The notes under the pieces: generated by a model
Databases searched by the model: none
What the model was told of the DNA's origin: nothing
What the model saw: only the letters and a program-made list of their open reading frames with translations
Part shown: in pieces, positions 16,542-26,600 of the stretch
Layout: each line of letters starts with the position of its first letter
Numbering within the stretch: the first letter of the stretch is position 1
NCBI GenBank assembly: GCA_965204735.1
Contig: OZ242008.1
Span: forward strand, 1,856,001-1,920,000
Source: Longimicrobiales bacterium
GTDB taxonomy: Bacteria > Gemmatimonadota > Gemmatimonadetes > Longimicrobiales > Gaopeijiaceae
Length of the DNA stretch: 64,000 bases
Direction of reading: 5' to 3'
Position numbers and translations under genes: made by a program

Positions 16542-17267
16542 TCAGAAGGTTGCCGTGGCGAGCCGGCCCAAGGTCGAAGCCTCGGTGGTTTCCTCGGTCC
16601 AGTAGGGCTCGCCGTATTCGCAGCGGATGAGGGAGCCGTACCAGGCGTGCGCGCTTCGCACTTGGTCGAAGAACGGCCTGCGCCCGCCCGGAAACACCTC
16701 GCCGGCGCCCTTCGCGCGCCTGAACTGCGTGCCATATGCCGCGAGAACCGCGAGCTTTCGCTCCATCTGGCGGCCGATGTCGATCACGAAGGTGGGCTTC
16801 ACCGCATCCTCTCGGAACGCCAGGGCGTGCACCACCTTCTCGGGACGGTGGGCGGATCCGCCGCCGGGGAAGTTGCGCAGGCCCGCCAGGAAGGAGGCGT
16901 CTCGGGCCAAGCGCGCCGCCGCCTCGTGATCGGGATGGCGCCCCTTCGGCCAGTGGGTGACGACGACCCTGGGTCGAAGAGCACGGATTGCCCGGGCCAC
17001 GACGACGCGGGATTCCCGGTCGTCGACCAGCCCCGCGTCCGGCAGTCCGGCGCAGCGACGGTCCGCCAGTCCCAGGAGTTCGGCCGCCGCTGCCGCCTCC
17101 TGCGCCCGGGACTCCCGGCTTCCGCGACTCCCGGCCTCGCCGGCCGTCAGGTCGAGCACGCCCGTGCGCTCCCCGGCGTCCGCCGACTTCAGGAGAGCGC
17201 CGCCGCACAAGAGCTCGGCATCGTCCGGATGGGCCGTCACGGCCAGGACGTCGAGCGGCTCGATCAC
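16542..17267 (-). CDS. bshB1: Bacillithiol biosynthesis deacetylase (PIG-L family)
   Basis: LDVLAVTAHPDDAELLCGG, VLDLTAGEAGSRG, RHPDH and YGEPY motifs; GTG start 17267. Confidence 0.85.
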   Translation of the reverse strand: MIEPLDVLAVTAHPDDAELLCGGALLKSADAGERTGVLDLTAGEAGSRGSRESRAQEAAAAAELLGLADRRCAGLPDAGLVDDRESRVVVARAIRALRPRVVVTHWPKGRHPDHEAAARLARDASFLAGLRNFPGGGSAHRPEKVVHALAFREDAVKPTFVIDIGRQMERKLAVLAAYGTQFRRAKGAGEVFPGGRRPFFDQVRSAHAWYGSLIRCEYGEPYWTEETTEASTLGRLATATF

Positions 17268-17283
17268 GGCGGGACGCTCCGGG

Positions 17284-18567
17284 TCACTCGTAGCGCAGCG
17301 CGTCCACGGGGTCGAGCTTGGAGGCGCGCAGCGCCGGAAGGAGACCGAAGACGATCCCCGTGGCAGCGGCGAGGCCGATTGCGGCCCCGACGGACCAAAG
17401 GGGAATGCGCGCGGGAAGGGGGGTGAGGGCGGCGGCGGCGGACGACGCGCCCCATCCAACGAGCAGCCCGGCAGCGCCGCCCAGTGCGGTGAGGAACGAC
17501 GCTTCCAGGAGAAACTGCCACATGATCTCCCGGCGGGTCGCTCCCAACGCCTTTCGAACGCCGATCTCGCGAGTCCGCTCCGTGACGGAGATGAGCATGA
17601 TGCCGATCACCCCTATCCCGCCCACCAGCATCCCGATCGACGAAAGCCCGAGCATGACCGCGAAGAACATCGTCGTGAGCTGGTTGAAGAGATCCACCAT
17701 CTGCTCGGCCTTGACTGTCGCGAAGTTGTTTTCCTCGCCCGGTCCGAGGCCGCGCATCGAGCGCAGCGTGGAGACGATCTGGTGCTCGGCCTCGATCGCC
17801 GCGCCTTCCCGCGGCACCACCTGCACGCTCATGAACGTCCACCGGTCGCGTGCCTTCAGCCGCTTGTCGGCGGCGGTGTAGGGCACCACCGCGAAGTTCT
17901 CCTGAATCTCGCCGAAGTAGTTGTCGGCCAGGGAGTACACGCCGACCACCGTGAAGAGTTCGTTCGCCGCTCGCCGGCCGGCGTTCACTCGCACCCGCTT
18001 GCCGATCGGGTCGAGGTGTCCGAAGAGCACTTCCGCCAACTTCTCGGAGAGGACGACCACGGCTCGGGCCTGATTGATCTCGGCGACCGTGAAGTCCCGC
18101 CCGCTCACGAAGCCGCCCGGGGTGTACGAGGGCCATCCCGGCGACGCGCCGCGCCAGCTGACGTCGTACAGCCAATCCGACTCGAAGCGGACCGAGGCTC
18201 GGAACTCGTAGCCGGCGATTGCTTCTTCCACCGCAGGAAGGCTCTGAATGCGCCGCACCTCGCGGTTGCTGATGTCGGGCTTGTCGAACCAAGGGGGACG
18301 CCCGGATCCGTCGAAGGCCGCCCGCACGTCCGACATGTCGAAGGGCATCACCATGAAGTTGTCCGGTCCCGCGGAGTCGAACGCCGACATGACCTGGGTG
18401 CGGATCCCCGTCACGACCGCGGCGATCGTCACCACGACCCCCGTGCCGACCCCTACGCCCAGCACCGCCAAGGCGGCCCGCAGCCAGTTGGCCCGCAAGG
18501 CTTCGACCGCCACCCGCGCACCCTCCAGAAAGACCTTCCCCTTGGAACTCACCCTCTGTTCGGTCAC
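17284..18567 (-). CDS. ABC transporter permease, MacB/FtsX family
   Basis: [29 protein letters not shown] and [10 protein letters not shown] motifs; GAGGAG RBS before GTG 18567. Confidence 0.93.
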   Translation of the reverse strand: MTEQRVSSKGKVFLEGARVAVEALRANWLRAALAVLGVGVGTGVVVTIAAVVTGIRTQVMSAFDSAGPDNFMVMPFDMSDVRAAFDGSGRPPWFDKPDISNREVRRIQSLPAVEEAIAGYEFRASVRFESDWLYDVSWRGASPGWPSYTPGGFVSGRDFTVAEINQARAVVVLSEKLAEVLFGHLDPIGKRVRVNAGRRAANELFTVVGVYSLADNYFGEIQENFAVVPYTAADKRLKARDRWTFMSVQVVPREGAAIEAEHQIVSTLRSMRGLGPGEENNFATVKAEQMVDLFNQLTTMFFAVMLGLSSIGMLVGGIGVIGIMLISVTERTREIGVRKALGATRREIMWQFLLEASFLTALGGAAGLLVGWGASSAAAALTPLPARIPLWSVGAAIGLAAATGIVFGLLPALRASKLDPVDALRYE

Positions 18568-18589
18568 GATCGGCTCCTCTTTTCGCTCG

Positions 18590-19831
18590 CTACTCGTACC
18601 GAAGCGCATCGACGGGATCCAGCCTCGCCGCGCGCGCCGCCGGATAGACCCCGGACACCACGCCCACCACCAGCCCCAAGACCACTCCGAGGGCGGCCCA
18701 CTTGGGAGCCACGACGGCGGGAAGCGGCGACACCGCCCCCACCAGCACCGTGGCCGCGGACCCCGTCGCCACGCCGAAGACCGCCCCGATGCCCGACAGC
18801 GTCGCCGTCTCGATCAGCACCTGGACCAAGATGTCGCGGCGCTTGGCGCCGATCGCTTTTCGGATGCCGATCTCCCGAGTCCGCTCCATGACCGTCACCA
18901 GCATGATGTTCATGATCACGATCCCGCCCACCACCAACGAAGTGCCCACTAGGCCGGGCAGGGCGGTGAAGAGGACCGTGCTGATCCGGTTCCAGAACCC
19001 CAGGGTCCCTTCAGTCGTCTCCGCGGCGAAGTCGTTCAGGTCGCCCGGGCGGAGCCGTCGCCGGATCCGCATGATCTCCTCCGCCTCCTGCTGCAGGGGC
19101 AAGACAAGCTCCGGAGTGTTGGCCTTGATCACGATCTGGTCGACGATTCCCCGGGGGTTGGTGAAGCTCTGGACCGGCGACCGAGCGGGCGCCACGGCGA
19201 TGTTGTCGAGGGACTGTCCCAGAAACGAGCCCTGCTCTTCGAGGACGCCGACGACGCGAAAGGGGAACCCGCGAATGCGGACTTCCTTGCCCACCGGGTC
19301 CACTGCTCCGAAGAGGACGTCGGCCGTGGAGCGGCCGAGCACGACGACTGGCCTGCCTTGTTCGTCCTCGGCCTGGCTGAACACCCGTCCCTCCTCGGCG
19401 ACCCAGTTGCGGATGTTGAACATCTCGGCCGTGGCGCCCACGATCCTCACGTTCTCCACCTTGAGGCCGCTCGCCGACTCGAGCTGGCCCCCGCTGGCGG
19501 ACTGGGCGCCGACCACGGCCGGCAGCGCGACCCGCTCCCGGAGATGATCCAGATCGTCGTAGGTCAGCCTGGGCGCCCGAGCCCACGCCCGGCGCTGCTC
19601 GTCCGAGGTGTTCAGGTCGTTTCGCGGCCACCGGAGGACCGTCACCGTGTTGACGCCGATGAAGCTCTCGACGAGAGTCGTCCGCATGTAGCGGTCCACG
19701 CCCTCCACGATGCTCACGACGAGGACGAGGAACATCACGCCCACGATCACGCCCAGCAGGCTGAAGAAGCTCTTGAGCTTCTGGGTGCGGATCTGCTCCG
19801 TGGCCAGCCGGACTCCTTCGAGCGTCTTCAT
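18590..19831 (-). CDS. ABC transporter permease, MacB/FtsX family
   Basis: [29 protein letters not shown] and [10 protein letters not shown] motifs. Confidence 0.93.
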   Translation of the reverse strand: MKTLEGVRLATEQIRTQKLKSFFSLLGVIVGVMFLVLVVSIVEGVDRYMRTTLVESFIGVNTVTVLRWPRNDLNTSDEQRRAWARAPRLTYDDLDHLRERVALPAVVGAQSASGGQLESASGLKVENVRIVGATAEMFNIRNWVAEEGRVFSQAEDEQGRPVVVLGRSTADVLFGAVDPVGKEVRIRGFPFRVVGVLEEQGSFLGQSLDNIAVAPARSPVQSFTNPRGIVDQIVIKANTPELVLPLQQEAEEIMRIRRRLRPGDLNDFAAETTEGTLGFWNRISTVLFTALPGLVGTSLVVGGIVIMNIMLVTVMERTREIGIRKAIGAKRRDILVQVLIETATLSGIGAVFGVATGSAATVLVGAVSPLPAVVAPKWAALGVVLGLVVGVVSGVYPAARAARLDPVDALRYE

Positions 19832-19839
19832 GGCCCGGG

Positions 19840-21150
19840 TCAGTTGCCGCCGTCGGCGCCGTCGCCCTCGTCCTCGTCCGGGTCGGAGGCCCGGATTCGG
19901 TCGCCGTCCTCGAGCGTCCGCACGATCTGATAGGGGCCGCTCACCACCGTGTCTCCCTCGGCCAAGCCGGACAGCACCTCGAAGTACTCCTGACCCGCGA
20001 TGCCGATCTCCACGGCCATGAACGTCGCGCTGCCGTCGCGCACGACGTACGCTCCCTCGACTTCCACGGGCGCGTCCGCCGCCTTGTCGTCGCCGGTCGG
20101 GAAGGCGGCGCCGGAGGTTCCGGACGCGCCCGCGGTCGCCGCCGAGTCCGGGGACAGCTCCCTGACCGTCAGAGCGATGATGGGGATGCTCAGCGCGTCG
20201 TCGCGAGTGGCCGTCACCAAGTCCGCGGTCGCCGACAGGTCGGGGCGAAGCTCGACCCCCGGGTTCCGGAGCGTGACCACCACCTCGAAGTCGATCGTCG
20301 GCGTCTGCCCAGTGCCGGCCGACGCGGAGGGCGACCTGATGGCGCTGTTGCCGATCTCGGTGACCACGCCGGCAAAGTCGCGGTCGGGGAAGGCGTCCAG
20401 CTCCACCGTGGCGCTGTCCCCGAGCTGAATGCCGGGCACGTCGGTCTCGTCGACCTCCAGCACCACCTCCATCACGGACAGGTCCGAGACGGTGAGCACC
20501 AAGCTGCCCGGGTTGTTCATCGTTCCCACGATGACCGTCTCGCCTTCCTCCACGTTCAGGCGCGTGACCCGGCCGGCCATCGGCGCCCGGATGATCGTCT
20601 TGGAGACGTTGTCGCGGGATTCCTCCACCGCCGCCTGGGACTGGCTCACCCCGTACTCGGCCGACTCCAGAAGCGACCGCTGAACTTCTTCCTGGGTCTG
20701 GGCGTTCTCCACGTCCTGCAAGCTGACGAGCAGCGAGTCCCGCGCCCGAAGGTCTGCCAGCCGCTGCGCGTCCCGCTGCGCCTGAAGGTAGTTGGCCCGA
20801 GCCTGCGCCACTTGGGCCTGGGCCTGAAGCAGCGCGGCTTGGCTTCGGCTCAGGCTCGCCTGGAAGCGCGTGGGGTCGAGGCGGAGAAGCACCTGCCCTT
20901 CGGTCACCTCCTCGCCTTCCTCCACCAGCATCTCCGTGACCCGCGCCGAAATGTCGGAGCTGATGTCCACCTTGCGCCGCGCCCGCACGTTGCCGCTGGC
21001 CGTCACCGTCTCGACCAGGTTTCTCCTCTCGATTCCTTCGATCCGGGCGCTGGTCCCCGTCGCTCGGGAGCCGTTGGAGCCGAGGACCGCCGCAGTTGCA
21101 AAGAGGGCGACGACGCCGGTTCCGACGATGACCTTGGTTCTGGTTCGCAT
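19840..21150 (-). CDS. Efflux periplasmic adaptor (MacA/HlyD family)
   Basis: Lipoyl half-motifs VEEGEEVTEGQVLLRLD and IRAPMAGRV, coiled coil, EVLSGLAEGDTVV. Confidence 0.93.
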   Translation of the reverse strand: MRTRTKVIVGTGVVALFATAAVLGSNGSRATGTSARIEGIERRNLVETVTASGNVRARRKVDISSDISARVTEMLVEEGEEVTEGQVLLRLDPTRFQASLSRSQAALLQAQAQVAQARANYLQAQRDAQRLADLRARDSLLVSLQDVENAQTQEEVQRSLLESAEYGVSQSQAAVEESRDNVSKTIIRAPMAGRVTRLNVEEGETVIVGTMNNPGSLVLTVSDLSVMEVVLEVDETDVPGIQLGDSATVELDAFPDRDFAGVVTEIGNSAIRSPSASAGTGQTPTIDFEVVVTLRNPGVELRPDLSATADLVTATRDDALSIPIIALTVRELSPDSAATAGASGTSGAAFPTGDDKAADAPVEVEGAYVVRDGSATFMAVEIGIAGQEYFEVLSGLAEGDTVVSGPYQIVRTLEDGDRIRASDPDEDEGDGADGGN

Positions 21151-21157
21151 GGTGTCC

Positions 21158-22729
21158 TCAGGGGTTCCTTATAGGGGCGCCGACCACGGCCTCCAAGTCG
21201 GCGACTGCGTCGTGATAGGTGAAGACGGCGAGAACCCGGGCCCGGTCGGCTCTGGCCTTGACCGTTTCCGCCTCCGCCAACTCGATGAAGCTGGAGATCC
21301 CCAGCCGGTACCGCTCCCTGGCCAAGCGAAGCTGTTCGTCCGCGAGCGCTTGGTTCCGTTCCTCGATCACGGCCGTCTCGTAGGCCGTCCGCACGATCGC
21401 CAGGCGCGACTCCACGTCGGCCCGCAGGGCGAGCTCCTGCTCGCGCAGCTGATGGCGGCTGTCCGAGAGCCGGGCCTTCGCCGCCTCCACGTTCTGCTGC
21501 CGGGAGAGGCCCTGGAAGACAGGCACCGACACCGTAAGCCCCGCCGACGGGGGCGAGTTCGTGAAGCTGAAGGGAAAGGCGTTGTTCTGGTCCCGGATCG
21601 CCTGGATCGCCGCGTCCGGGGTGGCAAGCCGGGAGCAGTTCTGGGGAGGCAGAGGGTCGGCCAGCCGGGCCGTCAGGTCGTTCAGCGTCTGGCACTGGCG
21701 GATCGCCGCCTGCCCCTGGGCGATCGCCTGGGCCTCCTGGCTGGCGGTGTTGCTCGCTTGGCGGGTGAAGCCGCTGAACCCGGTCGTGAGGGAGATCGAC
21801 GGGTAGTAGGAAGACCTGGCCATGCGCACGCCGTATCGGGCCGATTCCTCCGTCGCCCGCAGGGACCGCAGCCCGGGGTTGTCGCCGAGGGCGGACTCGT
21901 AGAGGTCGCGCGCGCTCCAGCTCGGCTCGGCAACCACGAAGGTCGTCGCCAACGACGGCTCCGCCGCCAACTCCACGCCCATCTGCTGAAGGAGCCTGAT
22001 CCGGGCGGTCCGAACCCCGGTCCGGGACTGGAGCACCGAGACCTGGGCCCTTCCCACGGCGACTTCGGCCTGCTGCACGTCGATGGCGTTGCCCGACCCC
22101 ACTTCCAGTCTTCCCTGGGCCAGCCGCAGGTCGATCTGCGCCCTCTCCATCTCCCGCTCGGAGAGGTTGAGCTCCTCGATCTGCCGCAGCACCTCCAGAT
22201 ACGCCTTGGTCACCCCCAGGCGAAGGCTCGCCTCCGCGACGCTCACCTGGGCGCGGGTGGCGTCTCGGTCGCGCTTGGCCTGTCCCGGGGCCAGGAGGGT
22301 TCGCCCGTCCATGGAGTAGCTGAAGCCCACGTTGTACGAGCTGAAGTAGAAGGAGGGCTGGTCCTGGAACCCCAGCTGCTCGGCGGTGATGCTGCCGAAG
22401 CGCTGCTCTCCCGCGCCCTGCCAGGAGAGGCTGGAGCTCGCCGACGCCGACGGCAGCCAGGAGGCGTAGGCGGATCGGACGTTCCAGTCGGCGACGGGCA
22501 CGTCGTTGCGGGCGACCTGCACCGCAGGGTTGTTGCGAAGGGCGACCTGCAGGGCGTCTTCAAGGGTCAGCGACGCGGGGACCTGCTCGCGGCCCGGGAC
22601 GGGCTGGCCTGCCGCGGGACGGAGAAGTCCGGCCGACAGCCCGGCGAGCACGAAGGCCGTCGCGAGCAAGGCGCCCGCCCCTCCACTTCGGATTGCGTTT
22701 CGGCTGTATGCCGCAGGACGGTATGACAT
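21158..22729 (-). CDS. TolC family outer membrane efflux protein
   Basis: AAGGAG RBS before ATG 22729; signal peptide; LTLEDALQVALRNNP and ERYRLGISSFIEL motifs. Confidence 0.92.
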   Translation of the reverse strand: MSYRPAAYSRNAIRSGGAGALLATAFVLAGLSAGLLRPAAGQPVPGREQVPASLTLEDALQVALRNNPAVQVARNDVPVADWNVRSAYASWLPSASASSSLSWQGAGEQRFGSITAEQLGFQDQPSFYFSSYNVGFSYSMDGRTLLAPGQAKRDRDATRAQVSVAEASLRLGVTKAYLEVLRQIEELNLSEREMERAQIDLRLAQGRLEVGSGNAIDVQQAEVAVGRAQVSVLQSRTGVRTARIRLLQQMGVELAAEPSLATTFVVAEPSWSARDLYESALGDNPGLRSLRATEESARYGVRMARSSYYPSISLTTGFSGFTRQASNTASQEAQAIAQGQAAIRQCQTLNDLTARLADPLPPQNCSRLATPDAAIQAIRDQNNAFPFSFTNSPPSAGLTVSVPVFQGLSRQQNVEAAKARLSDSRHQLREQELALRADVESRLAIVRTAYETAVIEERNQALADEQLRLARERYRLGISSFIELAEAETVKARADRARVLAVFTYHDAVADLEAVVGAPIRNP

Positions 22730-22890
22730 TGCCAGGACCAGCTCCTTGGGGTTCTCGCGTAAGGACGGCACGGGGTTCCCGCCCACAGACGGCGTGCCCG
22801 GCCGGCGCCGTGAAGTCGAGCGCAGGCGCCGGGCCACTGTACGAAGGCGTCCGCAGCCCGGTTTCGGTACGAACGGGGCCGCCGGGACGC

Positions 22891-23661
22891 TCATTCCCTG
22901 GAAACGTCGCCGCTTCGCCACGGCGTCGCCGCTTCGCCGATGCCCAGGACGCGCTCCGCCGCGAAGCCCCCCGCCGGGGCCTCCACCCGCACCAGCCGAC
23001 CGCTGCCGTCGAACCACGCCAGCCGCTCCTCGTCTCCGAAGCTGAGGCGAACCCGGGTGGTCGCGATCGGGCCGCCGTCCACCTGGATCGTCTCGGGCGT
23101 CGCGTCCGCCTCCGCCGAGGCTTCCTTCTGCGAGACGGGCGACAGCACGTGAAGGGAGGAAAGCCGGCCCTGGAGAAGTGCCCCCAGCACGAAGTAGTGG
23201 TGGGCGACCCCCTCGTCCAGAATCACCGTGGAGAGCGGGGCGCGGTACTCCCGGACCTCCTCGCCCCACGGCCCCTGGGTCAGGGCGTCGAGACGGCTTC
23301 CCGCTCGCTCCAGCGTGACGGCCAGCGTGTCGGGACCCTCGAAGCGGAGCGCCCGGTAGCTGCGGACGACGAGCGTCCGACCCTGCGCCACCAGAGTCGT
23401 GACCAGCGTGGGGCCGTCGCGCATCGCCACGGCGCCCGTGGCCGTTGCGCGCTGGTCGTCGCCCTCTCCCCGCCACTGGATCTCGAACTCCTCCGTGCCC
23501 GCCTCCCGGCCGTTCAGGTACAGCTGAAAGGCGCCCCTGTCCACGCGCTGCCCCGAGGCTTCCTCGGCAGGGAGGAAGGCGGGCGCGATCGCCGCGACGA
23601 CGCACGCCGCCCGCACTGCGGCGGCGCGGCCAAGGCGGGATGGGCGGAGTGACCGGTACAT
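22891..23661 (-). CDS. Hypothetical exported protein (beta-rich)
   Basis: MYRSLRP... followed by signal-like ACVVAAIAPAFLP; host-like codon usage; first gene of the efflux operon. Confidence 0.7.
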   Translation of the reverse strand: MYRSLRPSRLGRAAAVRAACVVAAIAPAFLPAEEASGQRVDRGAFQLYLNGREAGTEEFEIQWRGEGDDQRATATGAVAMRDGPTLVTTLVAQGRTLVVRSYRALRFEGPDTLAVTLERAGSRLDALTQGPWGEEVREYRAPLSTVILDEGVAHHYFVLGALLQGRLSSLHVLSPVSQKEASAEADATPETIQVDGGPIATTRVRLSFGDEERLAWFDGSGRLVRVEAPAGGFAAERVLGIGEAATPWRSGDVSRE

Positions 23662-23675
23662 TACGTTGAATGATA
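23657..23675. promoter_or_regulatory. Candidate overlapping bidirectional -10 elements for divergent, probably leaderless genes
   Basis: + strand TACATT (23657-23662) lies 7 nt before ATG 23670; - strand TATCAT (23675-23670) lies 8 nt before ATG 23661. Confidence 0.45.
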
Positions 23676-26600
23676 ATGGGTAAGCGCCGAGACCACGCCG
23701 CGCCGGCCGGAAGCGGCCCCGCTCGCTCGACGGCGTCGGAACTCCTTCTGGCCGCGGGCTGGGTGTGCGTCCTTCTGTGGATGCGGGCGGCCTCGCCGTG
23801 GGCGCTGGCCGGGGCCGCGGCCTGCGTCTTGGGGGCCGCCGCTTCGGGCGTGGAGCTGCGCCGGCTGGCGTCCTGCGTCGTGCTGGCCGGCGCCGCGACC
23901 GCCGGGTTCGTCTCGATCGCGGGGGAGCGCCGCTTCTCCACCGACTGGTCCGCCTACCAACTCCATCGGCAGGCGCAGGTGGACGAGACCGTGCGAACCG
24001 AGCTGGACTCGCTGGCGGCAAGAGGCGACGCGGCGGCGAAGCGGGCCGCGCGGGCGGCTGCCGCGGCGTCTTCCCGGGATGCGCTGCACGACTCCCTCCG
24101 CGCCTTGCTGCCGCCCTCCGGCGCGACGGCCGTCGCGGTCTTCGGCAGCGACAGGCGCCTCGAGACCTGGGCGGGAAGCCACCACGGCAGGCTTCCCGAC
24201 CAAGTCCTCGACGGCCGGGCCCGGCACTTCAGCGGAAGCACCCTCTTCTCCTACCTGTACTTCGCCGCGCCGGTCGCGGACGGGGGCGTCGCGGTCGTCG
24301 CCGCGCTGATGCGCTCGGACCTGCCCGAGCCGTTCTCGGGGCTGGGCGACTTCGCGTCCCGGATGCGGGAGCGAACCGGGGAACGGATCGAGGTCGCTTC
24401 GGCGGCGGGCGGGGGAGCGGACGACGTGGCGGCGTGGAGCGTCTCTCTCCGGGACCAAACCGACCGGCGGACGGCCCACGAGCGCTTCTGGAAGCGAATC
24501 GCCGCCGCGCTCGTCGCGCTTGCCTTGATCGTGAAGTTCGTCGTCGCTCCTCCCCGCCGCACCCGGTACGCGCTCTTCCTGCTCCTGGCCGCGGCGGCTC
24601 TCCTGCCCTTGGACGACGCCTTTCTGCCGGCGTACCTGGCCGACTCGGCGGCGTTCCGCCTGCCAGGTCCGGTGCCGCTTACGATGGGGCGAGTGCTGGC
24701 GCTGTCCTGCGCCCTCGTCCTCGTGTCGGCGCGGGCTGCCCATCTGTGGAAAGGGCGAGTGGGCGGCCCGTGGCTTGCGCCGCTGGTCGCGGCCGCCGCC
24801 TTTCCCCTGACCTTGACGTGGTTCGAGGCCGGGGCGTCGATCGACCTTCTGGGCATGTCGGAAACGTCGTGGGTGGTCTTTCAAGCCGTCGCGACGACGT
24901 TGTCCGGCGCAGCAGTCGCGGCAGCGCTGGTCCTGTCCGGGAGTCGAGGGCGCAACGGCGGCGGCTCCACCGGACGGCCTCTTCTTTCCGTCTTGGGAAT
25001 CGGGGTCTCGGTCGCCCTCTCCCTGGCCGTTGCCGCCGGCGTGCGCACGGGCTTCGCCCCCCCGGCGGCTCTGGCGGCGGCGTGGGCGCTGCCCGCGTTT
25101 CTGATCGCCGTCGGCCTCGCCGGCTTCCGCCCCGGCTCGTACGCCCGGTGGGCCTGCGCCTTGGCCCTGGCGGGGACGGCGGTCCTTCCCTTCGCCTGGT
25201 CGATGCGCACGGAGGCGAGGAAGTCGGTTGCGGAGCGCCGCCTGGGCTTCTTGGGCGTGGTGGCCGACCCGGGGATCGACCGGGCGCTGAACCGGGTCGC
25301 CGAACACGCCGACTCCCTCGACCGGCTGGGCGTCGACGACCTCGAGGTCCTCTACGGGGCCTGGACGTCCAGCGGCTTGGCGGCACAGAGCATTCCCGTC
25401 CTCCTCACTCTCTGGTCCGCCGAGGGCGTTCCGGTGCACGAACTCAAGCTGGGAACCACCCAGGAACGTCCCGCTTGGGTCGACCAGGTCGTCCTGACGC
25501 TTCCGGATGCCGCCCTCCGACGCTACCACGCGCCTCACGGCTTCCACGGCAGCCACTTGGTGTCGCTTCGCCTCGCCGGCGGTCGTCTCTTCACCGGCAC
25601 CGTCCCTCCCCGCCGGACGATCCCCGTGCCTTCCGCCTTGGGGCCCCTCTTCGCCTCCATGGAGAGCGGGACCGACCCCGAGTTCTTGAGCCTGGTCCGG
25701 CTCGACCGGCAACCGCCGCCGGGTCCGCCGACCGTCGAGTGGCGCCGCAACGACGAAGGATGGCGCGCCGCGAGCGTGGTTTCCTACCCCGACGGGGCGT
25801 ACTCCGTCTTCCACGTGATCAGCATCTCCAACTGGTGGGTCATGTTGGCCCGCGCGGTCTTGGCGCTGGCCCCCGCGTTCGCGGCGGTCTCGGCGCTCTG
25901 GCTTCTTGGGACGAGAACGCCTGGGGCCCGCCTGGCCGCCAAGCCTCGCTGGCACGGCTTCGCCACCTCGTTCCGCTCCCGGGTCACGGTGACGCTCTTC
26001 GGCTTCTTTCTTCTCTCCAGCGTGCTCTTCTGGGTGCTGGCCAACACCAGCCTTACCGGGGCTTCGGAGCGGACGGCGACGACCCTGGCGCAGAGGGTCG
26101 TGAACCAGATCGCGGCCGCCTACTCGGAAGAGGGCGGCTCGCTGGAGTCCCTTGCCCGACGAGTCGGCGCGGACCTGCTGGACTATCGGGACGGCGAGCT
26201 GGTGGGCGGCTCGGTGGACGAGCTGGTCGAACTGGGGCTCTACGAGACGTGGGTGGACCCGGAGATCCACGACGCGCTGCGGCGGGGCCAGCGGTTGGGC
26301 GCCGAGAAGGTCGCGAGCCTGGGGGAGTGGCGATACGTGGTGGCGTACCGCCGCCTTCCCGACGGCGACGTCGTGGCCGCCCCGATTCCCCTGCGGGCCG
26401 GCGCGGCGGCCCTTCGGCGACGGGACGTGGCCGACCTGCTGCTGGCCGCGCTCGTGCTCACTCCCGTTCTGTCCCTGGTGCTGGCGTTCTTCGTGGGCAG
26501 GGCCCTGGCTCGGCCCCTGAAGGAGCTGCGCGTCGCTTCGGACCGGGTCGGCGAAGGCAACTTGGCCGTGGGCTTGCCGGAGGATCGGGTCGACGAGTTC

